A DNA stretch of 64,000 nt from the NCBI GenBank assembly GCA_044224315.1, contig JBGAKR010000002.1, positions 464,464-528,463 of the forward strand, in the 5' to 3' direction. Source of the stretch: Bacteroidia bacterium (GTDB lineage Bacteria; Bacteroidota; Bacteroidia; NS11-12g; UBA955). A program made the position numbers and the translations under genes. The notes below the pieces were generated by a model. The model made no database searches. It was not told where the DNA came from and worked only from the letters and a program-made list of their open reading frames with translations. Positions 1-9,739 of the stretch are shown here, piece after piece. Within the stretch, counting starts at the first letter, position 1, and each line of letters begins with the position of its first letter.

Positions 1-504
1 GTGTATGACGGGGGTGGAATTAAACCCGATATAGAGGTGGATGAATTTGCAGGGCAACCTTTGCTTAAACTCATGATTGATGAGCTTTTGCTGTTTGATT
101 ATGCAAACCATTACCGCAATACCCATGAAAGCATAGCCTCGGCCCGTGAATTTAAAATTACACAAACCGAGCTCAACGGATTTATTGCTGAAAGTGCAGA
201 TAAACTTACGGTGATTATCCGCAATAAACTCAAAACCAGCCTTAAACAAAGCGTACCCGATACCAACCTTATCAATGCTTTGATAGAGGAAGGTGCTTTT
301 GAAGCCCGATTAAAAAAAGAGATAAACGAAAAAATGAATCTTTTTAGTAAAAGCCTGCAATACCGTTTGCAGCAAGAAATACTGCGCCGTTATTATTTCG
401 ACGATGCATTATACGAAAGCAGTTTTGTAGGTGACCCCGATTTAGAAAAAGCCCTGGCCATTTTGCATAACAATAACGAATACAAAAAAATCCTGCTTCC
501 CTAA
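1..504 (+). CDS. S41-family (C-terminal processing/tail-specific) peptidase, C-terminal fragment; 5' end lies outside the window
   Basis: The frame is open from the window edge to TAA at 502-504. The GGGIKPDIEV segment and helical tail resemble the C-terminal part of Bacteroidota S41 peptidases. Recognised by eye only. Confidence 0.5.
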   Translation: MYDGGGIKPDIEVDEFAGQPLLKLMIDELLLFDYANHYRNTHESIASAREFKITQTELNGFIAESADKLTVIIRNKLKTSLKQSVPDTNLINALIEEGAFEARLKKEINEKMNLFSKSLQYRLQQEILRRYYFDDALYESSFVGDPDLEKALAILHNNNEYKKILLP

Positions 505-1379
505 TGGATTGGCTCACCTGGATTGTATTGCCCCTGGTAGGCGCCGTTGGCGGATTTTTGGCCGGGATGTTGGGTGTTGGCGGTGGAATTATTTTTATTC
601 CTATACTCTCTTACCTCTTTACACAGCAAGGCCTATCGAACGCCGAGGTAGTAAAATATACGTTGGCCAATTCCATCTTTCTGGTATTTGTAAGTGGCAT
701 TGCGGGCATTCTCAAACAGTCGCGCAGCAAAAGTCTCGACATCCAAAAAATGTTGCTCATTGGCATTCCCGGTGCCCTTTTTTCGCTGGGGGTAAGTCTC
801 ATTATAGCGCACGGATTGCCCGACTTTTCAAATCCTGGCAGCTGGCTCAATCAACAAGGGCATTGGTATAACAAAAACATGTTTCAGCTGGTTTTTCTGG
901 GCTTTTTGGTAATTTCCATTTCAAACATGATTTTTGGCAAACCCGACCATAAAAAAGAGGGTCTGGTCGAAAATGACGGAAACCGCACAGGCCTGCAAAT
1001 CATGGTGGCCGTGCTCGCCGGATCGGTAGTGGCACTTTCGGGTTTAGGTGGCGGTGTGATTATGGTTCCGATGTTTCGCATCATTCTAAAAATGCCTATG
1101 AAAAGCGCCACTGCACTTTCTTTAAGCATCATTCCGTTTTTAAGCCTTGCTCCGCTGATTTCTTATATCATCACCGAACCCATTGAACCTGTAAAAGGGC
1201 TTCATACCGGCTACCTGGCCTGGCCCTATGCCTTGCCCATTGCGGCTGCCGTTGCCATATTCGCCACACTGGGCTTGAAAGTGGCCAAAAACATGCCCGC
1301 AAAAGTATTGCGTTCTATATTTGCAAGCCTTTCCAGCATCATCTTCATCAAAACCCTTTACGAAATATTAAATCCATGA
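504..1379 (+). CDS. TSUP/TauE-SafE family (DUF81) anion-exporter-like membrane protein
   Basis: 291 aa, polytopic and hydrophobic. Two G-rich halves (GMLGVGGGIIFIP and LSGLGGGVIMVP) are typical of the family. Its ATG overlaps the upstream stop (TAATG). Confidence 0.7.
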   Translation: MDWLTWIVLPLVGAVGGFLAGMLGVGGGIIFIPILSYLFTQQGLSNAEVVKYTLANSIFLVFVSGIAGILKQSRSKSLDIQKMLLIGIPGALFSLGVSLIIAHGLPDFSNPGSWLNQQGHWYNKNMFQLVFLGFLVISISNMIFGKPDHKKEGLVENDGNRTGLQIMVAVLAGSVVALSGLGGGVIMVPMFRIILKMPMKSATALSLSIIPFLSLAPLISYIITEPIEPVKGLHTGYLAWPYALPIAAAVAIFATLGLKVAKNMPAKVLRSIFASLSSIIFIKTLYEILNP

Positions 1380-3070
1380 TCAAACGCCTCATATTTATTC
1401 TGGCTTTCAGCAGTGTAGTAGCTGTAAATGCCCAGAAAAACGAACCCCAGGTAGTACAAAACCTGAAAACGGATATCAGTTATCTTTCATCCGAACAATT
1501 GCAAGGCCGCCTGGCTGGTTCACCCCAGGATAAAATGGCTGCAGAATATATTGCCGAAGAATTTAAAAAAGCAGGACTGAAACCCTATAATGGCCAAACG
1601 TTCCAAACCTTTGACATTGTGCAATTGCGCATTGCAACAAACAAAACCATTTTTGAATTGCATTTCCCAAATGCCGATACTTTTATGAAAACCAAAATGG
1701 TATTATTCCGCGATTTTTATCCTGTATCGGAAAGTGGTATGAACGACTCTGCATTTGGGCTCACCGCATTTTGCGGATACGGAATTGAAGCACCGGGTTT
1801 AGGCATAAACAGCTACCAGAATCTTACCGATTTAAAAGGAAAAATATTTTTAATTATGCTGGGTTTTCCCGGCGATGATACCGCCCAAAACAGCCCCCTG
1901 GCGCCCTATGCCGATTTGGGTAGCAAAATCGAAACCGCAATAAAATATGGCGCTGCCGGTGTAGTTTTTACCCGAGGCGGCCCCAAAGCCGATGTGCCCA
2001 AAGGCGAATTGCAACGCAATGCCAAAACCTATCCCATTCCGGTTATTTTTTTAAACAAAGAATTATATCCACGCATTAATATGTATGTAAAAATGCGCAC
2101 CGCCATTGCAGCGCCCAGCAACAAAGCGTATAATGTAATGGGATATCGCAACAACCATAAAAAAAATACCATCATTATTTGCGCCCACCACGACCATTTG
2201 GGGCATAATGAATTTGGCAACAGTTTATATACCGGCAAAGATTTACAGGTACACAATGGTGCCGATGACAACGCCAGCGGTGTAGCCGCTATGCTTCAAC
2301 TGGCCCGCACTTTAAAAGGCCGTAAATACAAAAAAAATAATTATTTATTCATTGGTTTCAGCGGCGAAGAAATGGGATTATTGGGTTCTAAATCATTTTT
2401 AAATCAAAATATTATTCCCAAAAATTCCATTAATTATGTCATTAACATTGATATGCTGGGCAGACTCGATAGCCAATCTAAAACGTTGGTGGTAAACGGA
2501 ACCGGCACTTCCAGCCAATGGGAAAAAAGTATTAAATCTGTAAAAAACGACAGCACTGTTTTGCATATTGTTACCTCAGCCAGTGGACTTGGGCCCAGCG
2601 ATCACGCTTCGTTTTACCTGGATAGCATTCCGGTTTTGCATTTCTTTTCGGGCCAACATGCCGATTATCACAAACCAAGTGATGACGAAAGCAAAATTAA
2701 TTACCATGGTATGTATTTGTCTGTTAATTATATCCAAAAAATTGTTGCATCCGCAAATAAAGCAGGTAAAATTAATTACATAAAAACCAAAGATGCTGCA
2801 CCCGGCAGAAGGAGTTTTAAAGTAACCATGGGGGTAATGCCAGATTATACTTACACCGAAAATGGCATGCGCATTGATGGCGTAACCGATGGCAAACCCG
2901 CGCAGATTGCAGGCTTACAACGCGGTGATATTATTACCAAAATTGAAGGATTCTCTATCAATTCGGTTCAGGATTATATGCGTGTTTTGCAAACCTTAAA
3001 TAAAGGACAAAAAATAAAAGTAGAAATTATCAGAAACAAGGAAACAAAGATTTTGGAGGTAGCACTGTAA
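1376..3070 (+). CDS. M28-family aminopeptidase with PA-like insert and C-terminal PDZ domain, secreted
   Basis: Signal peptide. Zn-ligand motifs HHDHLG, GADDNASG, GFSGEEMGLLGS, NIDMLG and DHASF are present. A C-terminal PDZ-like segment reads GLQRGDIITKIEG. Confidence 0.8.
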   Translation: MIKRLIFILAFSSVVAVNAQKNEPQVVQNLKTDISYLSSEQLQGRLAGSPQDKMAAEYIAEEFKKAGLKPYNGQTFQTFDIVQLRIATNKTIFELHFPNADTFMKTKMVLFRDFYPVSESGMNDSAFGLTAFCGYGIEAPGLGINSYQNLTDLKGKIFLIMLGFPGDDTAQNSPLAPYADLGSKIETAIKYGAAGVVFTRGGPKADVPKGELQRNAKTYPIPVIFLNKELYPRINMYVKMRTAIAAPSNKAYNVMGYRNNHKKNTIIICAHHDHLGHNEFGNSLYTGKDLQVHNGADDNASGVAAMLQLARTLKGRKYKKNNYLFIGFSGEEMGLLGSKSFLNQNIIPKNSINYVINIDMLGRLDSQSKTLVVNGTGTSSQWEKSIKSVKNDSTVLHIVTSASGLGPSDHASFYLDSIPVLHFFSGQHADYHKPSDDESKINYHGMYLSVNYIQKIVASANKAGKINYIKTKDAAPGRRSFKVTMGVMPDYTYTENGMRIDGVTDGKPAQIAGLQRGDIITKIEGFSINSVQDYMRVLQTLNKGQKIKVEIIRNKETKILEVAL

Positions 3071-4023
3071 TGAAAATTATCGACCACATTGCCCAATCAA
3101 AAAGCACCCTGTTTTCGTTTGAAATATTGCCGCCATTAAAAGGCGCAGGTATTAATAGTTTATGGGAAGGAATTGATCCTTTAATTGAATTTAAACCCTC
3201 GTTTATTGATGTTACTTACCACCGTGAAGATTTTGTATATAAAAAACGTCCGGATGGAACTTTAGACAAAGTATCTACCAAAAAAAGACCCGGAACAGTA
3301 GCCATATGTGCAGCTTTGCAGCATAAATACAAAATTGATGCAGTGCCCCATTTAATATGTGGTGGTTTTAGCAAAGAGGATACCGAAAATGCATTAATTG
3401 ATTTGAGCTTTTTGGGAATTGACAATATTTTGGCACTGCGCGGCGATGCGCGTAAAGGCGATGATGGATTTATTGCAGAACCCAATGGCAACCAGAATGC
3501 TTTGGATCTGATTTATCAGATTAAAAATATGAACAGCGGCATTTACCTGGATGAAGAATTAACCAATGCCAACATCACCGGTTTTTGCATTGGGGCCGCT
3601 GGTTACCCCGAAAAACACATGGATGCACCCAGCATGGATGTGGATATGAAATTTCTGAAAAGAAAAGTAGAAGCCGGTGCCGAATTTTTAATTACCCAAA
3701 TGTTTTTCGACAATTCGGTGTATTTAAAATTTGTAGAAACTTGTCGCAGCCTGGGTATTAATGTGCCCATTATTCCGGGAATTAAACCCTTAAGTACCAA
3801 AAAACAGGTAGAAGTATTGCCCAAAATATTTCATATTAATTTACCCGAAGACTTGAAAAAAGCCATAGATAGTTGCAAAGACGATGCAGCTGTAAAACAA
3901 GTGGGAATTGAATGGGCCGCAATGCAATGCAAAGAATTGATAGCCAACAACGCCCCTGTTTTGCATTTTTATACCATGGGCAAAAGCGAACAAACCAAGG
4001 CCATTTGCAAAGCGATTTTTTAA
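3070..4023 (+). CDS. metF: 5,10-methylenetetrahydrofolate reductase
   Basis: 317 aa. The N-terminus FSFEILPP, then DVTYH, HLICGG and ALRGD segments are characteristic of MetF. The ATG overlaps the upstream stop. Confidence 0.85.
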   Translation: MKIIDHIAQSKSTLFSFEILPPLKGAGINSLWEGIDPLIEFKPSFIDVTYHREDFVYKKRPDGTLDKVSTKKRPGTVAICAALQHKYKIDAVPHLICGGFSKEDTENALIDLSFLGIDNILALRGDARKGDDGFIAEPNGNQNALDLIYQIKNMNSGIYLDEELTNANITGFCIGAAGYPEKHMDAPSMDVDMKFLKRKVEAGAEFLITQMFFDNSVYLKFVETCRSLGINVPIIPGIKPLSTKKQVEVLPKIFHINLPEDLKKAIDSCKDDAAVKQVGIEWAAMQCKELIANNAPVLHFYTMGKSEQTKAICKAIF

Positions 4024-4081
4024 AAATGATGTACAATTTTCTCTTAATTTGTAATCTCTCAACCGATCAATTAAGGGCATA

Positions 4082-5005
4082 TTGAAGGGCACAGTTATAA
4101 AATCAACCGGAAGCTGGTACCAGTTGCTTACTGAGGATGGCACTGTATTGCCCGCCCGCATTCGGGGAAAATTCAGATTGCTGGATAAAGACACCAGTAA
4201 CCCTGTGGCAGTTGGCGACCATGTTGAGTTTGAGGATGATCCCGGCTACCCCGATACTGCTTTTATTACAGCATTAGAGCCGCGCAAAAATCACATCATC
4301 CGCAAAAGCAACAAACTCAGTTCCCAAAGACAGGTATTAGCCGCCAATTTAGACCTCGCCGTAATGGTAGCCAGTATGGTGGCTCCCCGCACTTCAATGG
4401 GTTTTATCGACCGGTTTTTGGTATGCTGCGAATCTTTTCATTTACCCGTAATTTTATTTTTTAATAAAACCGATTTATTAGACGAAAATGGCCTCGAAGT
4501 ATTAAAAGATTACATGAAAGTGTATTCCGACGCAGGCTATGAAGTCCACTCAGGATCGGCATTACAGCCCCAAACCCTGGAAGTATTGCACCAGAGAATT
4601 AAGGGCAAAACCATTATGGAAATCGGGCATAGCGGAGTGGGTAAAAGCACCATTTTAAATACTTTATATCCGGGTTCAAATGTTAAAGTGCAAAGCATAA
4701 GCAGCCAGCACGAAAAAGGCAAACACACCACCACTTTTGCAGAAATGCATATAATGCCCGACAATACAAGGTTTATAGACACACCCGGCATCCGCGATTT
4801 TGGGGTGGTAGATGTACCTACTGAAGAAGTGGGACAATATTTTCCTGAATTCAGACGTTATATGCCCGATTGCAAATTCAACGATTGTCAGCATACAAAT
4901 GAACCCGGATGCGCCGTAAAAAATGCTGTGGAAGCCGGACAAATATCTGCAGAACGTTATTATAGCTATACCAGCATTTTGCGGGGTGATGATGTATTCG
5001 ATTGA
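4082..5005 (+). CDS. rsgA: ribosome small-subunit-dependent GTPase A
   Basis: N-terminal OB segment GTVIKSTGSWY. Circularly permuted G motifs NKTDL, GHSGVGKST and DTPG. Zn knuckle CKFNDCQHTNEPGCAV. The apparent start is TTG. Confidence 0.85.
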   Translation: MKGTVIKSTGSWYQLLTEDGTVLPARIRGKFRLLDKDTSNPVAVGDHVEFEDDPGYPDTAFITALEPRKNHIIRKSNKLSSQRQVLAANLDLAVMVASMVAPRTSMGFIDRFLVCCESFHLPVILFFNKTDLLDENGLEVLKDYMKVYSDAGYEVHSGSALQPQTLEVLHQRIKGKTIMEIGHSGVGKSTILNTLYPGSNVKVQSISSQHEKGKHTTTFAEMHIMPDNTRFIDTPGIRDFGVVDVPTEEVGQYFPEFRRYMPDCKFNDCQHTNEPGCAVKNAVEAGQISAERYYSYTSILRGDDVFD

Positions 5006-5026
5006 ATTATACCAACAAATTAACGG

Positions 5027-6349
5027 ATGAAATATATTTTTACTTTCGCATTTATTCTAATTCTAAACTGTATAAAAGGGCAAAACCTGAGCATCAATAA
5101 TGATCATGGATTTTACTTTTATATACCCAACAATTTAACTTTTGATATAAGGGAATTTGAACTCGACGCAACTTCGGATTTAATTTACGAAAAAGGCGCT
5201 TATTATGTAAAAGATGGACACGACTTTGTAAAACTAACTTTTACCCATCGGGCAGATAAGAAAAAATACAAGTTTAGCTATCCGGTGAATAAACCAAAAA
5301 TTACCGGAATTTATCTGGGTAAAATTGCCACTGGCAGTGAATGTACCTTAAAAGATATTAACAAATACGATTTATTAAGAATCAAATTTGATGTGGATAG
5401 CATAGTTGGAAATAATTGGTTCAAAATCACCGGTTTTACCGAGCAGTTGTTAACCAGTAAAACATTCAATGTAATGGATTCTAAAAACGGAGACCGGCAT
5501 TTTGACATAAACACCCTCGATACCACCGAAATACCCCAATTTTATAGCCTGGAGAACATAAGCATCCAAACCAGAGAGAACATTTTACTACCCCAATCTG
5601 TTAATTTTTTTGTGCGTTTCGTTACTCTAAATTCGTCTGCCTTTTCAAATCCGATTTACAACTGGTACAGCATTTTAGATTGGGTTTACCCCGAAAAAAC
5701 CTATTCAGAAATCAGGATTAAAAACAAGGAAATTGATAATCCCATTATACTGCAAAAACAATCCCTAGGTGACTCTGCATACATCTTATCTCGCACCGTT
5801 TTTAACAGTACATTTGAGTTTTTTACAACAGTTTCCGATAAAAACATACTCACATACAAAGCCTGGATTGTAGATTCTTTAAATGCAAGTGTGGTAAAAT
5901 ACCACGATGAAAAACCACAGGAAAAAACCGATTTGAATGGGTTAAATTTAAAGTTAACACGCTATTTAGGCAATGGATATACCCTGGAATATCATTTGCA
6001 ATCTACCCACAAAGATTTTCTGCTGGCTGGATCGGTTGCATTGCCTCAAACCTGGACGAACGACACAAAAATGCTAGGTAAAGCCGGAGAATTGATTCAA
6101 AACCAACTGGCAATTTGGAAGTCTATGAATTTGAAAGCCGATAGCGTTTTGGTTATGTACAAGGGGAAAACCCTGGCCATAGTGAGGCTCGATCTTCAAA
6201 AAGCCAATCCTTGTGGCAATATTGATTGTACAAGCACTACCCTGTTCTATCAATACCATTTACCTGAAGGTATTGTAATAAAAGAGCCAAAAAAACTCAA
6301 AAAACTGAACGCCAAACTGGCGAAAGTGCCCATTGATCCGGGTAAATAA
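5027..6349 (+). CDS. hypothetical secreted protein
   Basis: 440-aa ORF with an N-terminal signal peptide (FAFILILNCIKGQ). No recognisable domain. Confidence 0.5.
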   Translation: MKYIFTFAFILILNCIKGQNLSINNDHGFYFYIPNNLTFDIREFELDATSDLIYEKGAYYVKDGHDFVKLTFTHRADKKKYKFSYPVNKPKITGIYLGKIATGSECTLKDINKYDLLRIKFDVDSIVGNNWFKITGFTEQLLTSKTFNVMDSKNGDRHFDINTLDTTEIPQFYSLENISIQTRENILLPQSVNFFVRFVTLNSSAFSNPIYNWYSILDWVYPEKTYSEIRIKNKEIDNPIILQKQSLGDSAYILSRTVFNSTFEFFTTVSDKNILTYKAWIVDSLNASVVKYHDEKPQEKTDLNGLNLKLTRYLGNGYTLEYHLQSTHKDFLLAGSVALPQTWTNDTKMLGKAGELIQNQLAIWKSMNLKADSVLVMYKGKTLAIVRLDLQKANPCGNIDCTSTTLFYQYHLPEGIVIKEPKKLKKLNAKLAKVPIDPGK

Positions 6350-6366
6350 AAAATCTCCAAATCAGA

Positions 6367-6397
6367 TTTTGGAGCCGCCAACAAATCACTATCTTTG
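6367..6397 (+). promoter_or_regulatory. Bacteroidota-type promoter for the SRP RNA (-33 TTG, -7 TATCTTTG)
   Basis: TATCTTTG at 6390-6397 fits the TAnnTTTG -7 consensus. A TTTTG lies about 18 nt upstream. The same 12-mer CACTATCTTTGC recurs at 7987-7998 upstream of the carboxyltransferase gene. Confidence 0.45.
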
Positions 6398-6399
6398 CA

Positions 6400-6484
6400 C
6401 CGGCGGTACGGTCAGCTCCCCGTGAACTCCCCCAGGACCGGAAGGTAGCAAGGGCAGCGGGTTGTAGCGGCGCGATACCGCCAT
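6400..6484 (+). ncRNA. ffs: signal recognition particle RNA (small/4.5S type)
   Basis: Domain IV signature CCCAGGACC-GGAA-GGUAGCAAGGGCAG, i.e. a GNAR tetraloop hairpin plus AGCA and CAGG loop motifs. The 5' GGCGGUA (6402-6408) pairs with the 3' UACCGCC (6476-6482). A promoter box precedes it, and a T-run plus a long hairpin follow. Confidence 0.7.
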
Positions 6485-6490
6485 TTTTTA

Positions 6491-6533
6491 TTGCCGTTGA
6501 CATTTTTTGCTTCGCAAAAAAGTCTTACGGCAA
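6491..6533 (+). terminator. long imperfect hairpin downstream of ffs
   Basis: TTGCCGTTGACATTTTTTGC / GCAAAAAAGTCTTACGGCAA are inverted arms around a TTC loop, immediately after the SRP RNA T-run. Confidence 0.4.
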
Positions 6534-6590
6534 TAAAAACCCTCGACCGCAAGGTCGGGGTAGTTGCAGCCCAGCACTCAGCAAAGCATT

Positions 6591-6915
6591 TTCCAAAGCA
6601 AAAATTCTTAGGCAAATAAAACCCAGACAAGCTACCCATGGGAGCTTCGTCGGGGTATTCCAAACCAAACAAAATCTCACAAATTTTCTGCTTCCAAAGC
6701 AAAAATTCTTAGGCAAATAAAACCCAGACAAGCTACCCTTGGGAGCTTCGTCGGGGTATTCCAAACCAAACAAAATCTCACAACCTTTCTGCTTCCAAAG
6801 CAAAAATTCTTAGGCAAATAAAACCCAGACAAGCTACCCTTGGGAGCTTCGTCGGGGTATTCCAAACCAAACAAAATCTCACAACCTTTCTGCTTCCAAA
6901 GCAAAAATTCGTAGG
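6591..6915. repeat. tandem repeat, 101-bp unit, 3 full copies plus a partial fourth
   Basis: Unit starts at 6591, 6692, 6793 and 6894, each beginning TTCCAAAGCAAAAATTCTTAGGCAAATAAAACCC. Each unit holds an imperfect hairpin CCCAGACAAGCTACCC..GGGAGCTTCGTCGGGG. Related single modules (GGCAATAAAAACCCTCGACC-loop-GGTCGGGG) flank it at about 6529-6560, 6914-6945 and 6998-7016. Confidence 0.9.
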
Positions 6916-7177
6916 CAAATAAAAACCCTCGACCAATAGGTCGGGGTAGTTACAGCAAAGCATTCAGCTAATGGTTTCTGCTGCAAAAAAGTCTTACGGC
7001 AATAAAAACCCTTGACTATAACCGCCTCGTTAAGGTGCATACAAAACAAAGAGATTTCTCGCAGTTCTGTCAGCTGTTTTAAAAGTATATTTAGTAGGTA
7101 AATAATTCTCCGAAAATAGTAACAAATTCAATTAAGAATGTTCCTTATTCTTATCTTGAAACGCAATGATAATTAAT

Positions 7178-7846
7178 TCAAACATTTATAAAACCTAGAA
7201 TCCCCAAAGCCGGTTGGACATCAGTTCTTAAATCCAGCATAGATGGATCAATGCTCCAGTCAGCTGCAATTTTAAAAACCAATTCCTCATCAGGGCTGTC
7301 TCCAGAATCAGCTTCCTCCTCAAATTCACCTGAGGAATTAAGTAGATTGAATAATTTTTCTATTTGACCAGACTCACCTTCATTCAATATGATTTCCCCC
7401 ATTTCGCCATTATAACTATAAGCTCTTATTAATTCACCCTGAATAGCTTTCATCCATGCATGACAATCCACTCCTCTGTGGGTTTGAAAATACTGGGCTT
7501 CTCCAAATTTTTTGCTCATTTCTTTTAAATCTTGAATTATGCCATGTGCAAGTGCTGCAGAATCAGCTGTTCCGGCATATTCAGTAATGAGACACCAGCC
7601 ATCAACCGGTGGGGTAATATACGAGGCAGGCTGAGACAGATTGCTAATTTCCACTATTCCTGCCTTCCAATTGCAAGGCAACTGATCTTGCAATCCTAAA
7701 TAATTCGCTAAATCCTGTATTTTCTCGGTACGCACTGCATACCACTGTTGTTTCACACCAAATCCTTGCGGTAAATCAGGAGTTGACATCTCATCTAATA
7801 GGCTCTGTGAGCCAGGGTATCCAACAAATCTTTTAGGAATTTCCAT
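7178..7846 (-). CDS. hypothetical protein (acidic C-terminal region), AT-rich orphan
   Basis: 222-aa ORF with no recognisable motif, in an AT-rich patch between the 101-bp repeats and the carboxyltransferase gene. Confidence 0.5.
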   Translation of the reverse strand: MEIPKRFVGYPGSQSLLDEMSTPDLPQGFGVKQQWYAVRTEKIQDLANYLGLQDQLPCNWKAGIVEISNLSQPASYITPPVDGWCLITEYAGTADSAALAHGIIQDLKEMSKKFGEAQYFQTHRGVDCHAWMKAIQGELIRAYSYNGEMGEIILNEGESGQIEKLFNLLNSSGEFEEEADSGDSPDEELVFKIAADWSIDPSMLDLRTDVQPALGILGFINV

Positions 7847-7988
7847 ATAACTAACAAATATTGTTTCAAAAATATTCTATTCCCATAATATTTTCGTGAT
7901 TTTCACTAGGAATATAGAATTAAATTTAGGTCAAAGTACGGCATCAACTCTATCTTTTGCCTGAATTCAAACTGAATAATTTAACCAC

Positions 7989-7996
7989 TATCTTTG
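7989..7996 (+). promoter_or_regulatory. -7 promoter box TATCTTTG
   Basis: Matches TAnnTTTG, 8 nt upstream of the ATG at 8004, implying a very short leader or none. Confidence 0.4.
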
Positions 7997-8003
7997 CTCC
8001 TTT

Positions 8004-9647
8004 ATGTCTACCGATATAAACTTCAACAAGAACGAAGACGCCAACATGCAGCTGTGGGATGCTGTGCGTGCCAAACTCATTAAAATCCATGAAGGTGGGG
8101 GTGCCAAAGCGGCGGCCAAACAAAAAGAAAAAAACAAAATGCTGGCCCGCGAAAGGATTGAATACCTGCGCGATAAAAACAGCAACTGGATAGAAATAGG
8201 CGCCTTTGCAGGCTATGAAATGTATCCCGAATACGGTGGATGCCCCGCGGCTGGTGTAATTGCCGGAATAGGCTATATCAGCGGCAAACAATGCGTAATT
8301 GTAGCCAACGATGCCACTGTAAAAGCAGGTGCCTGGTTTCCCATTACCGGCAAAAAAAACCTACGCGCCCAGGAAATTGCCATGGAAAACCGCCTGCCCA
8401 TTATTTATCTGGTAGACAGTGCGGGTGTGTTTTTACCCATGCAAGATGAGATTTTCCCCGATAAAGAACATTTCGGTCGCATATTCCGCAACAATGCCAT
8501 TATGAGCAGCATGGGCATTACCCAGATTGCCGCTGTAATGGGGAGTTGCGTTGCCGGTGGTGCTTACTTGCCCATTATGAGCGATGAAGCCCTGATTGTG
8601 GAAGGAACCGGAAGTATTTTTCTGGCCGGAAGTTATTTGGTAAAAGCCGCAGTGGGCGAAGATGTAGACAACGAAACCCTGGGCGGTGCCAGCACCCAAA
8701 GCGAAATTAGCGGGGTAATCGACGACAAATTTCCGGATGATAAAAGCTGCCTGGATCGCATTAAATATATTATGGATAAATTGGGCAAATTTGAAAAAGC
8801 CGGATTTGACCGTACCAAGCCTGCAGCCCCCGCCAAAAGCGAGAAAGAAATACTGGGCATTTTACCCAATGAAAGAAATAAACCCTATAAAACCATCGAA
8901 ATAATTGAAAGGCTGGTTGATAAAAGTGAGTTTGAACAATACAAAGAAGATTATGGCAAAACCATTATCTGTGGCTGGGGTCGCATTGATGGCTGGGCGG
9001 TAGGAATTGTTGCAAACAACCGCGAAATTTCGAAAGCCAAAAAACCCGGTGGCAGCAATGAAATGCAATTTGGAGGTGTGATTTATAGCGACAGTGCCGA
9101 CAAAGCCGCCCGTTTTATTATGAATTGCAACCAGAAAAAAATACCCTTGGTTTTTTTACAGGATGTAACCGGATTTATGGTGGGCAGTCGCAGCGAACAA
9201 GGCGGAATTATAAAAGACGGTGCCAAAATGGTAAATGCCATGAGCAATTCTACGGTGCCCAAATTTACCATTGTAGTTGGGAACAGCTACGGAGCCGGCA
9301 ACTACGCCATGTGCGGCAAAGCTTACGATCCGCGTTTAATTGTGGCCTGGCCCAGTGCAAAAATTGCCGTAATGGGTGGCGAACAAGCGGCTAAAGTATT
9401 GTTGCAAATCGAAGAAATGAGCCTCAAATCCAAAGGTGAAATTATTACACCAGAAGCTGAAAAAGAATTGTTAGATAAAATTACCCAACGCTACGAAAGC
9501 CAAACCACACCGTATTATGCAGCCAGCCGTTTGTGGGTAGATGCCATCATTAACCCCCTTGAAACCCGCCAGTGGATTAGTATGGGCATAGAAGCCGCCA
9601 ACCATGCACCGGTAGCCAAATACAATGTGGGTGTATTGCAAACCTGA
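8004..9647 (+). CDS. acyl-CoA carboxylase carboxyltransferase (beta) subunit, methylcrotonyl-/propionyl-CoA carboxylase type
   Basis: 547 aa with two crotonase-like carboxyltransferase halves. Segments include PIIYLVDSAGVFLP, MGSCVAGGAYLP, PLVFLQDVTGFMVG and GNSYGAGNYAM. Confidence 0.8.
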   Translation: MSTDINFNKNEDANMQLWDAVRAKLIKIHEGGGAKAAAKQKEKNKMLARERIEYLRDKNSNWIEIGAFAGYEMYPEYGGCPAAGVIAGIGYISGKQCVIVANDATVKAGAWFPITGKKNLRAQEIAMENRLPIIYLVDSAGVFLPMQDEIFPDKEHFGRIFRNNAIMSSMGITQIAAVMGSCVAGGAYLPIMSDEALIVEGTGSIFLAGSYLVKAAVGEDVDNETLGGASTQSEISGVIDDKFPDDKSCLDRIKYIMDKLGKFEKAGFDRTKPAAPAKSEKEILGILPNERNKPYKTIEIIERLVDKSEFEQYKEDYGKTIICGWGRIDGWAVGIVANNREISKAKKPGGSNEMQFGGVIYSDSADKAARFIMNCNQKKIPLVFLQDVTGFMVGSRSEQGGIIKDGAKMVNAMSNSTVPKFTIVVGNSYGAGNYAMCGKAYDPRLIVAWPSAKIAVMGGEQAAKVLLQIEEMSLKSKGEIITPEAEKELLDKITQRYESQTTPYYAASRLWVDAIINPLETRQWISMGIEAANHAPVAKYNVGVLQT

Positions 9648-9704
9648 TTGAATTCTAAATTAAATTCATTAGTTTTAATTCAATTTTTAAATACCCAAAT
9701 CGGG

Positions 9705-9735
9705 TTGAATCTAAAACCAACTTTTTGTATATTTG
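9705..9735 (+). promoter_or_regulatory. candidate promoter (-33 TTG at 9705-9707, -7 TATATTTG at 9728-9735)
   Basis: Fits TTG-N20-TAnnTTTG. The predicted start site falls at or near the ATG at 9740. Confidence 0.35.
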
Positions 9736-9739
9736 AATA

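Noticed and set aside
6412-6963. Four overlapping minus-strand ORFs of 61-96 aa, three of them starting MLWKQK(G/I)CEILFGLEYPDEAP
   Set aside because: They are the same 101-bp unit read repeatedly. They overlap one another in the same frame register and have no independent coding evidence.
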